Positions 60,640 to 62,721 of a DNA stretch of 62,721 nt are shown here, in pieces (position 1 is the stretch's first letter; each line of letters starts with the position of its first letter). This DNA is from Negaprion brevirostris (lineage: Eukaryota), in NCBI GenBank assembly GCA_030324005.1, contig JARDVH010000132.1, forward strand, positions 67,323,479 through 67,386,199. Reading direction: 5' to 3'. The notes beneath the pieces are model-generated. The model worked only from the letters and a program-made list of their open reading frames with translations. It ran no database searches and was not told the origin of the DNA. Both the position numbers and the translations under genes were made by a program.

Positions 60640-62600
60640 CAGGTTCTCCAAATGATAAATTCACCTACTCGTCATTTCCCAATTTCCCCCATAACCCTGC
60701 ACATTCTTCTTTTTCAAATAACAGCCTAACTCCTTTTGAGTGGCTCCACTGAACGTGCCTCCATCACACTCCGATGATGCATTCCAGACCTTAAATGCAT
60801 GAAAACGTTTTTCCTCAAATCACCTTAACCAATTAATTTGAATCTGTGCCATCTCATTCTCAATCCTTTCATAAGTGAGAACAGTTTCTCCATATCTATT
60901 CTGTCCTGACCCCCTCATGATTCTGAATACCTGGAGCAAATATCTTTTAAATTTCCCTTCTCAAAGAGGAAACAATCACAACTTCTCCAAATCAATGTCA
61001 TAACATCATCTTTCCTAAAGTGTGGCTCTTAGAAGTGGATGTAATACTCCAGCAGAAGCTGAACTAGTGTCTTATGCAAGTTCTCCATAACCTTTTGGCG
61101 CTTGTACACTATGTCCCTCTTAATAAAGCCTAGAATACTGTATGTTTTACACTGAAGAACTCTAAGTCCACATGCAACAAGACCCTCAATCAACCTTTCC
61201 TGCCACCTTCAATAACTTACATACATATACACCCTGGCCCTTCTGCTCCTGCACTCCATTTGGAGTTATACCCTTTTTTTGTACTATCTACAACAGTGTC
61301 TACAAAGATCTATAGCAAAGTGATAGAAGGTGTTGTTAACAGTAGCACTACTCAGCGACACCCTGCTCACTGATGCTCAGTTTGGGTTCTCCTAGGGACA
61401 CTTAGCTTCAGGCTTCATTGCAGCCTCAGATCAAACATGGACAGAGGAGCTGAATTCCAGTGGTGGGGTGAGAATGACTGCCCGTGGCATCAAGGCCAGT
61501 TGGAAGCCAGTCATTTCACCCCCAGGTCATCACTGTACAAGTTCCTCAGGACAGTGTCCTAAGCCCAACTATTTTCAGCTGCTTCAGTGGAGCTTGCTGA
61601 TGGCTGCAGTGTTCAGTAACATTCCCAACTTAGAACTGAAGAACTCTAAGTCCACATGCAGCAAGACCTGGACAACATTCAGGGCTGGCAGATAGCAACA
61701 AGGAATAGTTGTGCCACACGTGCCAGGCAATGACCATCTCCAACAAGAGAATCTAACCTTGATGTTTAAGGGCATCACCACAGTGGAATTCCCCACTAAC
61801 ACATTTTGGAGTTCCATGGATCAGGAACCTAACTGGATCAGCCATGTAAATACTGTGGCTACAAGAGCAGGTAAGAAACTGGAACTTCGACAGCAAGTAA
61901 CTTACCTCTTGACATGCCAAAACTGCACTCCTCCATCCACAAAGCCTTTCTACCAATTTCAAATTGTGAACAAACTGTGTAGCAGGATAACTTCGAGATG
62001 AACAAAGAATGAAGAAAAATACAATACAGGAACAGGCCTTTTGGCCCTCCAAGCCTGTGCTGATCATGATGCCCTAACTAAACTACAAAAAAACCTTCTA
62101 CCCTTACACGGTCTGTACCCTCCCTAATCATGTTCCCTCCAGATGCCTTTTAAATGTTGCTAATGTGCCTGCTTCCACCATATCCTCTGGCAGCGTGTTC
62201 CAGGCACCCACTACACTCTGCGTGAAAAACTTCCTCCACACATTTCCCTTAAACTTTCCCCCTTTCATCTTGAACCTGTGCCCTCTTATAACTGACACTT
62301 ACAACCTTGGAAAAAGCCTCTTGGCTATCCACCCTGTCTATACCTTTCATAATTCTTTTAGACCTCTATCAGATCTCCCCTCAACCTCTGTCTTTCCAAC
62401 GAAAACAATCCTAGTTTATTCAACCTCTCTTCGTGGTCAATAGCCTCGAGACCAGGCAATATCCTGGTGAATCTTCTTTGCGCCAGGACTATACATAATA
62501 CTCCAAATGCAGCCTAACCAAGGTTTTACATAACAAAGAACAAAGAACAACACAACACAGGAAACAGGCCCTTCGGCCCTACACGCCTGCGCCGCCCATT
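60640..62600. mobile_element. CR1 3' ends (-, 60640-61290 and 62000-62545) flanking a + strand CR1-group fragment
   Basis: Reverse CR1 tails (gaacaaagaa...acaggaacaggccct) and FLHTFPLNF-type reverse motifs. Confidence 0.7.
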
Positions 62601-62721
62601 TTAACACTCAGTGAGTGCCTCATTCCAATCCTTCTCCTACCTATGACTTTTGTCTACATCTCATGGACTCCACAATAAAGGGGTGCAAATTTAGAGAATT
62701 ATATGTGCGCCAGATTAAGGG

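Noticed and set aside
1406-62721. ASB4 as a gene nested in a giant DNAH7 intron, or as an ASB4 ohnolog
   Set aside because: PON and PDK4 exons flank ASB4 in the canonical 7q21.3 order, and no further dynein exons were seen. A dynein intron would have to span same-strand PON exon 1 and PDK4.
1-62721. CRISPR arrays, rRNA or bona fide tRNA genes, prokaryotic systems
   Set aside because: Intron-exon vertebrate DNA; no regularly spaced repeat-spacer arrays; the tRNA-like boxes belong to SINE heads.

Overview
Vertebrate genomic DNA with 100-N and short scaffold gaps. HE1/V-SINEs, shark-type CR1 LINEs and Penelope elements point to an elasmobranch (shark/ray). Reading splice sites directly recovers the conserved PON(-) / ASB4(+) / PDK4(-) block, in the same order and orientation as human 7q21.3. 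It comprises paraoxonase exons 1-2 (9216-9289, 1075-1145), a five-exon ASB4 (12517-30916; most of exon 4 is lost in a gap) and PDK4 exons 7-11 (59785-49901). The PON and PDK4 exons are invisible to the ORF track. Two things are unexpected. First, a single intact DNAH7-like dynein exon (1406-1560) lies inside PON intron 1 on the same strand, in frame with PON exon 1. Second, a ~310 bp poly(A)-tailed, hairpin-rich element (5470-5778) is headed by U2 snRNA nt 5-37 and carries a second internal U2-like segment. The rest is mostly repeats: V-SINEs with two different 3' tails, Deu-domain SINEs, CR1/L2 LINE fossils, Penelope-like elements with minimal hammerhead-ribozyme motifs, and Harbinger- and hAT-like MITEs. 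All family and gene assignments rest on recalled motifs, not database searches; repeat boundaries are approximate.
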